Shown in pieces: positions 19,628 to 28,037 of a DNA stretch of 64,000 nucleotides. The translations under genes and the position numbers were made by a program. The notes under the pieces were generated by a model. That model searched no databases and was not told the DNA's origin. It was given only the letters and a program-made list of their open reading frames with translations. The stretch covers positions 4,834 through 68,833 of the IMG/VR virus record IMGVR_UViG_3300009176_000003; one strand, 5' to 3'. The first letter of the stretch is position 1. Each line of letters starts with the position of its first letter. The DNA comes from a virus.

Positions 19628-19753
19628 AGCCCCTACTAATGTACCACACACCATAAGTGCTCAATTCGCCCTGCCAATCCTCCCCACGCCAAGGGCGCAG
19701 CGCGCCGGAAAAACCGCCGCAAATTTTCGCTCCACCACGAAAGGACGCTCCCG

Positions 19754-20068
19754 ATGCCCACACCCACAGCCCGCTCGCTGCACAACGCAGTCATGTGCCG
19801 CTACCACAACTCCATCCATACCAATGCGGCCCCCAGGCACTCCTATTCGCTCGTGCCGAATCTCAGCTACGCCTACGTCGTCGGCACTTACCGCGGCGGT
19901 AAGCGCACCGCGGAAGGGTTTGACTCATTGACGCTGGCAAAACGTCACGCCGACCTGAACGCACCCGCGTTCGTCTACCGCTCAGCCCAAGTCAAACGCG
20001 TTGCCCAGGGCACCTGCTACCTCGATGCCGCCAACAAAGACCCGATCTACGTCGGCCAGAAAGGCTGA
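19754..20068 (+). CDS. Hypothetical early protein
   Basis: RBS GAAAGGA; 104 aa. Confidence 0.65.
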   Translation: MPTPTARSLHNAVMCRYHNSIHTNAAPRHSYSLVPNLSYAYVVGTYRGGKRTAEGFDSLTLAKRHADLNAPAFVYRSAQVKRVAQGTCYLDAANKDPIYVGQKG

Positions 20069-20075
20069 TGCAGAC

Positions 20076-20171
20076 ATGTCAGGCACGGAAATAATCATCA
20101 TCGCCATTGCAGTCGTCTGGGCGCAGCTGTTCGTGCTCGCCTGGGCCATGTTCACGCCCGACCAGGACTAA
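20076..20171 (+). CDS. Small membrane peptide (31 aa)
   Basis: MSGTEIIIIAIAVVWAQLFVLAWAMFTPDQD. Confidence 0.45.
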   Translation: MSGTEIIIIAIAVVWAQLFVLAWAMFTPDQD

Positions 20172-20277
20172 CCCTCACGCACGCTGGCAGGGTGGCACGC
20201 TGTCACCCTGCCATTCACACGTCCCAACAGCAAAACGCATCCACAGGGCTCCCTGCCCCAACCAGAAAGGCCACCCA

Positions 20278-20502
20278 ATGCAGACCTCCCATGTCGACAA
20301 GACCATGACCCACGTGGACTGGCAGCTGCTCGCCGAGCAGAAACTGGCGCTGCTGGAAGTCCTCAGTGCCTGCCGATACAGCGCAGACCCGCAACCGCTG
20401 GCTGGCCTGCTGCACTTTATCGACGCCCTGCAGGATGCCGCCGAGAAAGACGGCCACAGGGTCGTCTGGCTGACCGACGACAACAACGAGGAGACACGCT
20501 GA
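20278..20502 (+). CDS. Hypothetical early protein
   Basis: CCAACCAGAAAGG leader; VDWQLLAEQKLALL. Confidence 0.7.
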   Translation: MQTSHVDKTMTHVDWQLLAEQKLALLEVLSACRYSADPQPLAGLLHFIDALQDAAEKDGHRVVWLTDDNNEETR

Positions 20503-20855
20503 TGCACACACTTATCATCAAAGGCGACAAATACGCCGCCTATGCCGCCTGCAACGCCCACGACATCGATATCCTGTCGATCACGCGTCATCCCCAATTC
20601 GACGAGTGCATTATCTCCACCGACGGCCATGCCGACACCACCGCGATACTCAGTGCGTGGTTCTGCGAGCACAGCGGCGCGCCCCCGGCCCCTGCAGGCA
20701 CGCTGATGTGGTACGGGCCGGCGAACAGCGCGCCGCTGCCCGACAACGCCACCGCAGACGGCCACATGGCCCCTGTGCCCCATGCACCGCTACAGGGTGA
20801 CACCGCTGCGGTCACGCACGACGACACCGCGACGGTCATGCAGGAGGGCGTCTGA
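20502..20855 (+). CDS. Hypothetical early protein
   Basis: GAGGAG RBS; TGATG coupling. Confidence 0.7.
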   Translation: MHTLIIKGDKYAAYAACNAHDIDILSITRHPQFDECIISTDGHADTTAILSAWFCEHSGAPPAPAGTLMWYGPANSAPLPDNATADGHMAPVPHAPLQGDTAAVTHDDTATVMQEGV

Positions 20856-21085
20856 TGCAGCTCTATTACCTGCAGGCCGACGCTTACACAGGCGACGCCG
20901 ACGGCCCGATCAGCATGGACCTGTTCGTCCATGCCGAGTCGCCCGAGCAGGCCCAGGAGTTCTGGAAGCGCTATTACGACGACTGGGACGACGCCGAGAC
21001 ATTACGCGTGTGGGCAGTCCCCACACCGGCATTGCCCGGCGCGGTCCCCTGGGATAGCGTGACCTGTACCGAGTTCAAGGTGTGA
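20855..21085 (+). CDS. Hypothetical early protein
   Basis: AGGAGG RBS; TGATG coupling. Confidence 0.7.
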   Translation: MQLYYLQADAYTGDADGPISMDLFVHAESPEQAQEFWKRYYDDWDDAETLRVWAVPTPALPGAVPWDSVTCTEFKV

Positions 21086-21086
21086 C

Positions 21087-21485
21087 ATGCTCACTGACGA
21101 CGAGACCAAGCTCGCCATGCACCACTGCGACGTGGTGCGCCGCACTCATCCCGTGCCGTTCCTGCAAGTGCGGCCCGATCCGGTCAGCGCCTATAACGTG
21201 CAGCTGCGTTACCGGCGCAGTGCGTGGAGAACCATGCACTGGACCGATGCGGTGGCGTTCACCCGCAACGCCCGGCGCACCCGCATCAACCAGCGCAAGC
21301 AGCCCCCCGGCTCCCGCAAAGCCTATCAGGCCGCTTACGCCGTCAAGCGCCGCCAGCAGATCAGGCAGCAGCGCCAGGACAGGATCAGGGAGCTGCTTGA
21401 GCTGAAGGGCCGCATCCTGGACTACGAGGTCAAGGAGCTGCTGCACACCCATGCAACCCCGCCAGCCAAGGGCGACCAGACATGA
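21087..21485 (+). CDS. Hypothetical basic protein
   Basis: 132 aa, Arg-rich; tiles with neighbours. Confidence 0.65.
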   Translation: MLTDDETKLAMHHCDVVRRTHPVPFLQVRPDPVSAYNVQLRYRRSAWRTMHWTDAVAFTRNARRTRINQRKQPPGSRKAYQAAYAVKRRQQIRQQRQDRIRELLELKGRILDYEVKELLHTHATPPAKGDQT

Positions 21486-21586
21486 CCGACCGGCAGGATA
21501 TGATCCTAGGCATCCTGATATTCGTGGTGTTGTTCTGGTCAGTCATGTCCTCGACGCCAAGGTTCTGCGTTGCCGCCGGCTGCTAG
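21482..21586 (+). CDS. Small membrane peptide (34 aa)
   Basis: MTDRQDMILGILIFVVLFWSVMSSTPRFCVAAGC; ATGA overlap. Confidence 0.45.
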   Translation: MTDRQDMILGILIFVVLFWSVMSSTPRFCVAAGC

Positions 21587-21705
21587 ACCACCTGCCCTGC
21601 CCGGGGGCGCAGCGCGGCGGCAACGCCGCGCCGCGTTACCGCTGCGGCAACGCAAAAATTTCGCTCCAACCACCACCCCACTGCAAAACGAAAGGTACTC
21701 CCCAC

Positions 21706-22428
21706 ATGCACACGCAAATCCCGCTGCCGGCCGATGGCCCGGCAACCCAGTCTCCCGGACTTGCCAAGTCCAACGCGCCCTCGTTCGACGACCTGCTCGC
21801 CATGGCCAAGGAACTCGGCGTGCAGTGCGGCCAGGGCAAGGACACCCAGATCAAGTTCGACTTGAAATTGATCGAGGCGGCGTATCTGGGATCACTCTCG
21901 CTCGACCCTGACCGGCACGGCAAGGGCCGTGACGACTCGACATTGATGGCCGAGGCCTACGTCAGGGCAACACAGGGTGCGGTCGTATTTGATGCAAAAG
22001 CCGACAAGACGCGCAAGCAGGTGTCCAACGTGCGCAAGTGCATCAAGCTCGGCACCATGACCAAGCTGGGCCGCGGCCAGCCGCTGCAGTTCGTGCAGGA
22101 GTTCGTCGAGTATCGCCAGAAGGTCCGCGCCAAGGACCCGATTGCCCTCAAGAAGGCACCGCACGGCAAGACCGAGAAGGACCTCGACGACGCCCACAAC
22201 GGCCTGATGCGCCTCGCCACCGTGCAGATCAAGGCAACGTCGCTCTTGAGCGAGGACGAGCGCAACCGGTTTGCGTTCAAGACCGACACGGCCGAGAAGA
22301 CCGAGACCGAGAAGCTGGAGCAGGCCCGCAAGATGCTGCGCAAGTCCGGCGACAACTCCACCGAGGTGCAGGCCGCCATCACCTCGATCACCAACCGCCT
22401 GATCAACCTCGCCAAGGGCGCAAAATGA
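21706..22428 (+). CDS. Hypothetical protein (240 aa)
   Basis: RBS GAAAGGT; strongly biased codon usage. Confidence 0.75.
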   Translation: MHTQIPLPADGPATQSPGLAKSNAPSFDDLLAMAKELGVQCGQGKDTQIKFDLKLIEAAYLGSLSLDPDRHGKGRDDSTLMAEAYVRATQGAVVFDAKADKTRKQVSNVRKCIKLGTMTKLGRGQPLQFVQEFVEYRQKVRAKDPIALKKAPHGKTEKDLDDAHNGLMRLATVQIKATSLLSEDERNRFAFKTDTAEKTETEKLEQARKMLRKSGDNSTEVQAAITSITNRLINLAKGAK

Positions 22429-22607
22429 AGCCCGCCAAGGTTGATTGGGTCTGCGAGCACTGCGGCAGCAACGACGTGCTGGTAGACGCCTATGCCGAAT
22501 GGAACGTAGACACCCAGCAATGGGAGATCCACAGCACGTTCAACAAGGGCTCGTACTGCCGGGAATGCGATGGCGAGTGCCGTCTCACCGAGAAGGTGCT
22601 GCCATAA
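22425..22607 (+). CDS. Small zinc-ribbon protein
   Basis: CEHCGSNDV...AEWNVDTQQWE...YCRECD. Confidence 0.7.
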   Translation: MKPAKVDWVCEHCGSNDVLVDAYAEWNVDTQQWEIHSTFNKGSYCRECDGECRLTEKVLP

Positions 22608-22794
22608 CCGATACCGTCACGCTGTGGTGGCGTGACGGGTGCGCCGGACCTCCTGTTTCAACCGGCGCACGGCGGCCGGACGCTGCTTAAGCCTTTCAAG
22701 CGTCCGGCCGCTCCCTCTGCCCTCTGAAAGGCTGACACGATGCACCGCTGCGGTCACACCTCTGGCCGCCTATACAACCAGAAAGGCTATTCTT

Positions 22795-23982
22795 ATGAAC
22801 TTGCGTACTGCCAAGAAGCACCTGCAGGCCAACATCCTGGCCGGCAATGCCACGATACTCATATCCGACCCGGGTGTCGGCAAGACCGACATGATGGACG
22901 GCGTCTGCCGCTGGTTCCTCGACTACACCCGTGCCGGCAACCCGAAGGCACGCGTGGGAAAATCCCTGTTCTTCATGGCCACTCAGTCCCCGATTGGCTT
23001 CACCGGGCTGCCGTGGAAAGGGGCGCGCAGCTACATCGACGAGCGCACCGGCCTGCAGCACGACTACACCGTCACCGACCCGGCGATTCCGCAGTGGTAC
23101 ATGGCGCAGGACCTCGTCACCGGCGAGGTGCTGCCTGCGAACATGTTCGACAAGGTGGTGCTGGTGATCGAGGAGTGGGGACAGGGCTCGGCCGAGACCA
23201 AAAGGGCGGGTGCCGAGGTATTGCGTGCCGGGGGGACTCCCCCCTGGTATCTGCCGGAAGGCTCGCCGCGCATTGCGCTCAGCAACCACGACACGCGTGA
23301 CGGCGTCACCAAGGAGATGGGCTTCCTGATCAACCGCGCCAACCGCGTGCATATCGTCGGCGATGCCAAGATCTGGCACGACGACTTTGCCGACCACCCC
23401 TACCAGTGGCAGGGACGCACCTGGCAGATGCTCGGCGTGAGCAAGATGTGGGGGCTGCGCAACCCCGCGATACTGTTCGAGCCGCGCCCCGACAAGGAAG
23501 GCCCGTGGTGCACCGCCCGCTCGTTCACCGCACAGGACCGCTACGTGCAGACGGTCACCGAGCTGAACGACGGCGAGATCCCGCTCAACGACCCCGGGTT
23601 CCGCGAGACCTGCGCGGGCTACACCGGCATGAGCGCAGCGCAGAGCTTCCTCTCGATGCTGCAGTTCGCGCTGGAGCTGCCGTCCTACGAGAGCATCGTG
23701 AAGGACCCGATGGGCACGCCGGTGCCTACAAAAGCCGACCTGCAGATGCTCTTGTCATACGAGCTGGCCGGCCGCTGCGAGCGCAACGACCTGGCCAACG
23801 TCCTCAAGTTCATGGATAAGCGCGACGCCGACGGCAAGGGCATGCCGAAGGACGTGAACATCACGTTCGTCAGCACGTTGCTGCGCAGGGACTATGACCT
23901 GCTCAACGAGCCGGCCATGGAGGCGTGGGTCTCTCGTAATGCTAATCTTGTGGGTGTTATTGGTAAGTTAGCCCGTAATTAA
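22795..23982 (+). CDS. MoxR-like AAA+ ATPase
   Basis: Walker A SDPGVGKT, Walker B VLVIEEW, IALSN, LINR; vWA partner downstream. Confidence 0.8.
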   Translation: MNLRTAKKHLQANILAGNATILISDPGVGKTDMMDGVCRWFLDYTRAGNPKARVGKSLFFMATQSPIGFTGLPWKGARSYIDERTGLQHDYTVTDPAIPQWYMAQDLVTGEVLPANMFDKVVLVIEEWGQGSAETKRAGAEVLRAGGTPPWYLPEGSPRIALSNHDTRDGVTKEMGFLINRANRVHIVGDAKIWHDDFADHPYQWQGRTWQMLGVSKMWGLRNPAILFEPRPDKEGPWCTARSFTAQDRYVQTVTELNDGEIPLNDPGFRETCAGYTGMSAAQSFLSMLQFALELPSYESIVKDPMGTPVPTKADLQMLLSYELAGRCERNDLANVLKFMDKRDADGKGMPKDVNITFVSTLLRRDYDLLNEPAMEAWVSRNANLVGVIGKLARN

Positions 23983-24050
23983 CCGCGACGGGGTGTTACC
24001 GCGACGGTGACACCCCCACTCCCCACAACACCAACACAAGGACTCCCCAC

Positions 24051-24350
24051 ATGAATCGCAAATGGGTGATCGAGGTCGTCGCCGACATGCGCGACAAGGG
24101 CAAGATCGACACCATCACCAAGCTGGTATGCCGGCAGGCCGCGCATCTGCAGGCTGCCGTGTATCTCATTGCCGACGAGCAGAAGCCGCAGGTCGCCGCT
24201 TATTCCGACGACTTCTTTGCCGGGCGCAGCGAGCTGGCGCTGATGATCGAGAATGACAGCTATCCGGAGGCTGCGGTCACTGCCGAGCCCCCTGCCGATA
24301 GCGACGACGAGATAAGCGACGAGCTGATGGACGCATTCACAAAAAAGTAG
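24051..24350 (+). CDS. Hypothetical protein
   Basis: RBS AAGGA; 99 aa. Confidence 0.7.
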   Translation: MNRKWVIEVVADMRDKGKIDTITKLVCRQAAHLQAAVYLIADEQKPQVAAYSDDFFAGRSELALMIENDSYPEAAVTAEPPADSDDEISDELMDAFTKK

Positions 24351-24376
24351 CCGGGGACAGTGACTGCACCAGGCGC

Positions 24377-24616
24377 ATGCACTGTCCCCCCGGCAAATGC
24401 CTGGCCGAGATCGTCTACCTCACTGCCGCCAGCGAGCGTGCCGAGGTCGTGCTCTGGCAGGGCCCCGGCACGCTCTGCAGCAAGGTCAACAGCGTGCAGT
24501 GGAAGCAATTCTACAACTGGAAAAAGGACTGGTTCGATGCAGTTAGCAAGCACTTCCCCCAGTACTGCTGCAAACGATGGAAGCAGCGGGCTTTCGACCG
24601 CCGCCATAACCGCTGA
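24377..24616 (+). CDS. Hypothetical Cys/Trp-rich protein
   Basis: 79 aa; overlaps the next gene start. Confidence 0.35.
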   Translation: MHCPPGKCLAEIVYLTAASERAEVVLWQGPGTLCSKVNSVQWKQFYNWKKDWFDAVSKHFPQYCCKRWKQRAFDRRHNR

Positions 24617-25925
24617 GCACGACCGTAAATGGCAGGACACCGCTGCGATGATGCAGTGGACTGCCCCCGGGTTCGTGCATCTCCTGTACAAGCTACTCAA
24701 TGCCCAGAACAATCTGGACGAGAAGGGCTATGTCGCGGTGCACTCGCGCGACGTGCCCATCGCGGCAACCGACGGCAAGAACGTGATTATTAACCCGGAC
24801 ACTTATTACAAGCTCGCCCTGCCGCAGCGCGTGTATGTCTTGGGCCACGAGATCGTGCACAACATGTTCGGCGACGTTGAGTTGCTGCACGCGTGCCACG
24901 AGAGCGGCACCGTCACCATGCCGGACGGGCGCAAGATCCCGTTCGACGAGGAGGAGATGCAGCTGGCGATGGACGCCAGGATCAACGCGTTGCTCGACGA
25001 GAGCCACATCGGGTCGCGGCCCGACATCGGCTGGTTCGACAAGGAGGTCAAGGCCGCGGACAGCGTCTACCCGATCTACGAGCGCTACGTGAAAGCCAAG
25101 GCGAAAAAGCCGCCGGGCGACCAGCCCGGTAACCGTCCCGGTAACAAGCCCGGCACGTCGCCCCAGCCCAACGGCAACCCGGGTGGCGGCTTCGATAAAT
25201 TGCTCAAGCCCGGCGCAGCCACGGGCCAGGCCCCGCAGGACGCAGTCTCCGAGCGTGACCCGCAGCAGTGGGCGGTCGAGATCCAGACCGCCAAGACGCT
25301 GGAGAGCCTGCGCCAGCAGGGCGACCTGCCGGCCGGCCTGGAGAAGCTGTTCAAGCAATTACTGGAGCCGGAGATCTCGTGGCTCGACCACATCGAGACG
25401 CTGGTCATGCGCCAGGTCGGCGACGGGTCCATCGACTGGACCCAGCCGCACCCGTACTGGGGCGCATATGACTTCTATGTGCCGAACGAGTCCGGCACCG
25501 GTGCCGGGTGGATCGTGGTGTGGGGGGACACTTCCGGCAGCGTGTTCAGCGACGGCGTGCAGGCGCGCAACATCGCCGAGCTGGCTGGACTGATGGAGCA
25601 GGTCAACCCCGCACGACTGACGCTGATCTGGTGCGATGCCGGGATACAAAAAGGCAGCGTGATCGAGCTGCAGGACCCCAGCGAGTTGCGCGACGCCAAG
25701 CCGGTGGGCGGCGGCGGCACCAGCTACAAGCCGGTGCTCGACTGGATCGCCAAGAACAATCGTGGGGAGTCCCCCGATCTGTTCCTGGCCTTCACCGACG
25801 GCTACGTGACGTTCGCCAAGGAGCACCCGTTCCCCACCATCTGGTGCAGCAGCACCAAGAAGGGCGAGGTGAAGTACCCGTTTGGCCAAGTCGTCTACAT
25901 CAACGACCTCAAGAAGGGCGCATAA
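24537..25925 (+). CDS. Metallopeptidase-like plus vWA domain protein (DUF2201-type)
   Basis: AATDGK, HEIVH (HExxH), MIDAS DTSGS, GGGGTSY, FTDGY. Confidence 0.85.
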   Translation: MQLASTSPSTAANDGSSGLSTAAITAEHDRKWQDTAAMMQWTAPGFVHLLYKLLNAQNNLDEKGYVAVHSRDVPIAATDGKNVIINPDTYYKLALPQRVYVLGHEIVHNMFGDVELLHACHESGTVTMPDGRKIPFDEEEMQLAMDARINALLDESHIGSRPDIGWFDKEVKAADSVYPIYERYVKAKAKKPPGDQPGNRPGNKPGTSPQPNGNPGGGFDKLLKPGAATGQAPQDAVSERDPQQWAVEIQTAKTLESLRQQGDLPAGLEKLFKQLLEPEISWLDHIETLVMRQVGDGSIDWTQPHPYWGAYDFYVPNESGTGAGWIVVWGDTSGSVFSDGVQARNIAELAGLMEQVNPARLTLIWCDAGIQKGSVIELQDPSELRDAKPVGGGGTSYKPVLDWIAKNNRGESPDLFLAFTDGYVTFAKEHPFPTIWCSSTKKGEVKYPFGQVVYINDLKKGA

Positions 25926-25952
25926 GCGCCCCCAACCAGAAAGGACAACTGC

Positions 25953-26162
25953 GTGAACAATCTTACCAAGCGACAACACCAGCTCATGCTTGAGTTGGTG
26001 AAGGGACTCCCCGACAAGGAAATCGGTAAACGACTCGACATCACCACCGGCACCGTGCGTCAAATGCTACATAACCTCTATCAACGCACCGGCAATGCCA
26101 ACCGCACCGAGCTGGCAGTACAGTACATCGACCATGCACGACGTAACCGCGACGGTAACTAG
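25953..26162 (+). CDS. LuxR-type HTH regulator (stand-alone)
   Basis: LTKRQHQLMLELVKGLPDKEIGKRLDITTGTVRQMLHNLYQR...NRTELA. Confidence 0.85.
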   Translation: MNNLTKRQHQLMLELVKGLPDKEIGKRLDITTGTVRQMLHNLYQRTGNANRTELAVQYIDHARRNRDGN

Positions 26163-26208
26163 CGCCGTAAGACAATTGATCAACCAGACAACAATAGGAA
26201 TCACTGCA

Positions 26209-26901
26209 ATGGGTAGACAGAGACAGCACACCATCAACACCCAGACCTGGGAGCCGGCCCTCACCTGCATCAACCGCATGGAGAAGGCGATGGTCCGGGT
26301 CATGGTCAAGACCGGCGACCTCACCTATCACGACATGATCGACTGGCTGCTGCCGCCCGAACCGCTGCAGGCGATGCGGGTGGCTGCACCTTATGCCGAC
26401 CTCTCGCGCGGCAGCGATGTCTCCAAGGACTTCGACTTCGGCAACAAGGCCTCGTTCGCACTCGACTTCGCCAACATGGGGTACATCACGCCCAAGCGCA
26501 GCCTGTTCGCCATCCAGCACGACAACAAGAACCACATGCAGTTCGCCGGGATAATCTCCAAGGTGATCGGCATCGTGATCCAGCACAACAAGCTGCGCAC
26601 GATTCTCGCCCACTTCCGCAACAAGAACGTCACCCCTGGCGCGGCCAAGCACTACTGGCCGACGCTGCAGAGCCTGCTGCCCAGCGACCACGCGTTCTTC
26701 CAGGTCAAGGGCGACCGGTTCAAGGACGTGTTCTTCGAGCAGAACGTCATGGAGCACCTGCGCGAGGCCCCCGAGATCGTCGCCAAGGGGTTGCTCTGTG
26801 ACCCGAACGTCAACGGCCTGTACCGCAGCAACGAGCGTGTGTTGATCCGGATGAGCGTGGACCAGAGCCAGTATTTCCCGCTGTTCGTGCAGCCCACATG
26901 A
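26209..26901 (+). CDS. Hypothetical protein
   Basis: 230 aa; RBS AGGA. Confidence 0.7.
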   Translation: MGRQRQHTINTQTWEPALTCINRMEKAMVRVMVKTGDLTYHDMIDWLLPPEPLQAMRVAAPYADLSRGSDVSKDFDFGNKASFALDFANMGYITPKRSLFAIQHDNKNHMQFAGIISKVIGIVIQHNKLRTILAHFRNKNVTPGAAKHYWPTLQSLLPSDHAFFQVKGDRFKDVFFEQNVMEHLREAPEIVAKGLLCDPNVNGLYRSNERVLIRMSVDQSQYFPLFVQPT

Positions 26902-27305
26902 CGCCGCCCGTCCATGCGTCGGTATTGCTGGCAATGCTGCCGCTGGCGATGTTCGGCACGGCGTGGGGTGTCCGCCCCGCGCCGCTGCCGCCCGCGCCGC
27001 CGCAGCAACAGGTTGTTGCCGCCACGGTAATTTCCGAGGGCGTGCGCAAGATCGACCTCGACACGCGCACGTTCGCGGCACGCTGGCTGCCGGTGTGGGG
27101 TCTCCCCACACCGGTCACCTATTTACAACAGCAACAGCAGCAACAGGAGGCAGCCGTCGAGGAGCCAGCCTTGCCAAGGGCCCGCCCGATGCCTAATGTG
27201 GTTGTCAGGGAGTCCCCACTGATTAGAAGACCGCGCGATATTTGTCAGCGGCACGGCCAGCACAAGGTGATGGTCGGCCGCTATAAATGGAGATGCCGTC
27301 GATGA
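26898..27305 (+). CDS. Hypothetical exported protein
   Basis: Signal-like N-terminus, poly-Q, C-terminal DICQRHGQHKV...WRCRR. Confidence 0.6.
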   Translation: MTPPVHASVLLAMLPLAMFGTAWGVRPAPLPPAPPQQQVVAATVISEGVRKIDLDTRTFAARWLPVWGLPTPVTYLQQQQQQQEAAVEEPALPRARPMPNVVVRESPLIRRPRDICQRHGQHKVMVGRYKWRCRR

Positions 27306-27496
27306 AGGACGACCCCGAGAAGATTGCCGACATTAGCCTGCACCAGCGCGCCGCCATGCAGGATGAGATCGAGCGGCTGCAGTTCGAGATCGAGCGGCTG
27401 CAGTTCGAGATCGAGACGCTGAATGCCAAGATCACCGGACTGCAAGACGAGATCGTGCGCTGGCGCGCACTGGTCAGATCGCGAAAGGGCCAGTGA
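27302..27496 (+). CDS. Small coiled-coil protein
   Basis: EIERLQF heptad duplicated as a 21-bp tandem repeat. Confidence 0.65.
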   Translation: MKDDPEKIADISLHQRAAMQDEIERLQFEIERLQFEIETLNAKITGLQDEIVRWRALVRSRKGQ

Positions 27497-27699
27497 TGCC
27501 GAGCACCCAGAAGATCAAGCGGATACTCAGGCAAGAGTACCCCGGCACTGAGATCACCCACACCGACGGCGGGCACCTTCGACTGGTGCTGCCCAACGGT
27601 GCCAAGCTGTTCATCTCGGCGACGCCGTCGGACGAGCACTTCTTCTGGCGCAACGTGCGGGCCGACATCAGGCGCAAGCTCAAGGAGAGCACGACATGA
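27493..27699 (+). CDS. HicA-like small protein
   Basis: GGHLRLVLPNG...SATPSD...NVRADIRR. Confidence 0.5.
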   Translation: MMPSTQKIKRILRQEYPGTEITHTDGGHLRLVLPNGAKLFISATPSDEHFFWRNVRADIRRKLKESTT

Positions 27700-28037
27700 G
27701 CAACCACCAGCTCTACAACGAGTGGCGGGTCTATCACGAGAACAACCCGCGCATTTACCAGCTGATCTGCGCCTATGCCGAAGCTGCGATCCGGCGCGGG
27801 CACAACAAGTATGCCATCGCGACGATCTGGGAGAGAATTCGCTGGGAGATCACGGTCGACACCAACGACATCGACTTCAAGATGCCGAACAACCACCGCG
27901 CCTACTACGCAAGACTGTGGCTCAAGGACCATCCGCAGCACCCGGGTTTTTTTCGGCTCGCTGAGCTGCGCAGCGAGCGTGGCCTGATCGACAGGTTTGG
28001 GCGCAGCATGGAGAGCGTGGTCTCCAATGAGCAGTAG
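27696..28037 (+). CDS. Hypothetical phage protein
   Basis: YHENNPRIY...ERIRWE...FKMPNNHRAYYAR. Confidence 0.75.
   Translation: MSNHQLYNEWRVYHENNPRIYQLICAYAEAAIRRGHNKYAIATIWERIRWEITVDTNDIDFKMPNNHRAYYARLWLKDHPQHPGFFRLAELRSERGLIDRFGRSMESVVSNEQ

Larger units (their letters stand above)
18527..21620. repeat. Dispersed 16-21 bp repeat GGGCGCAGCGCG(G/C)CGG, 5 copies
   Basis: Minus copies 18527-18542, 18691-18706, 18955-18970; plus copies 19693-19708, 21605-21620. Confidence 0.85.
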
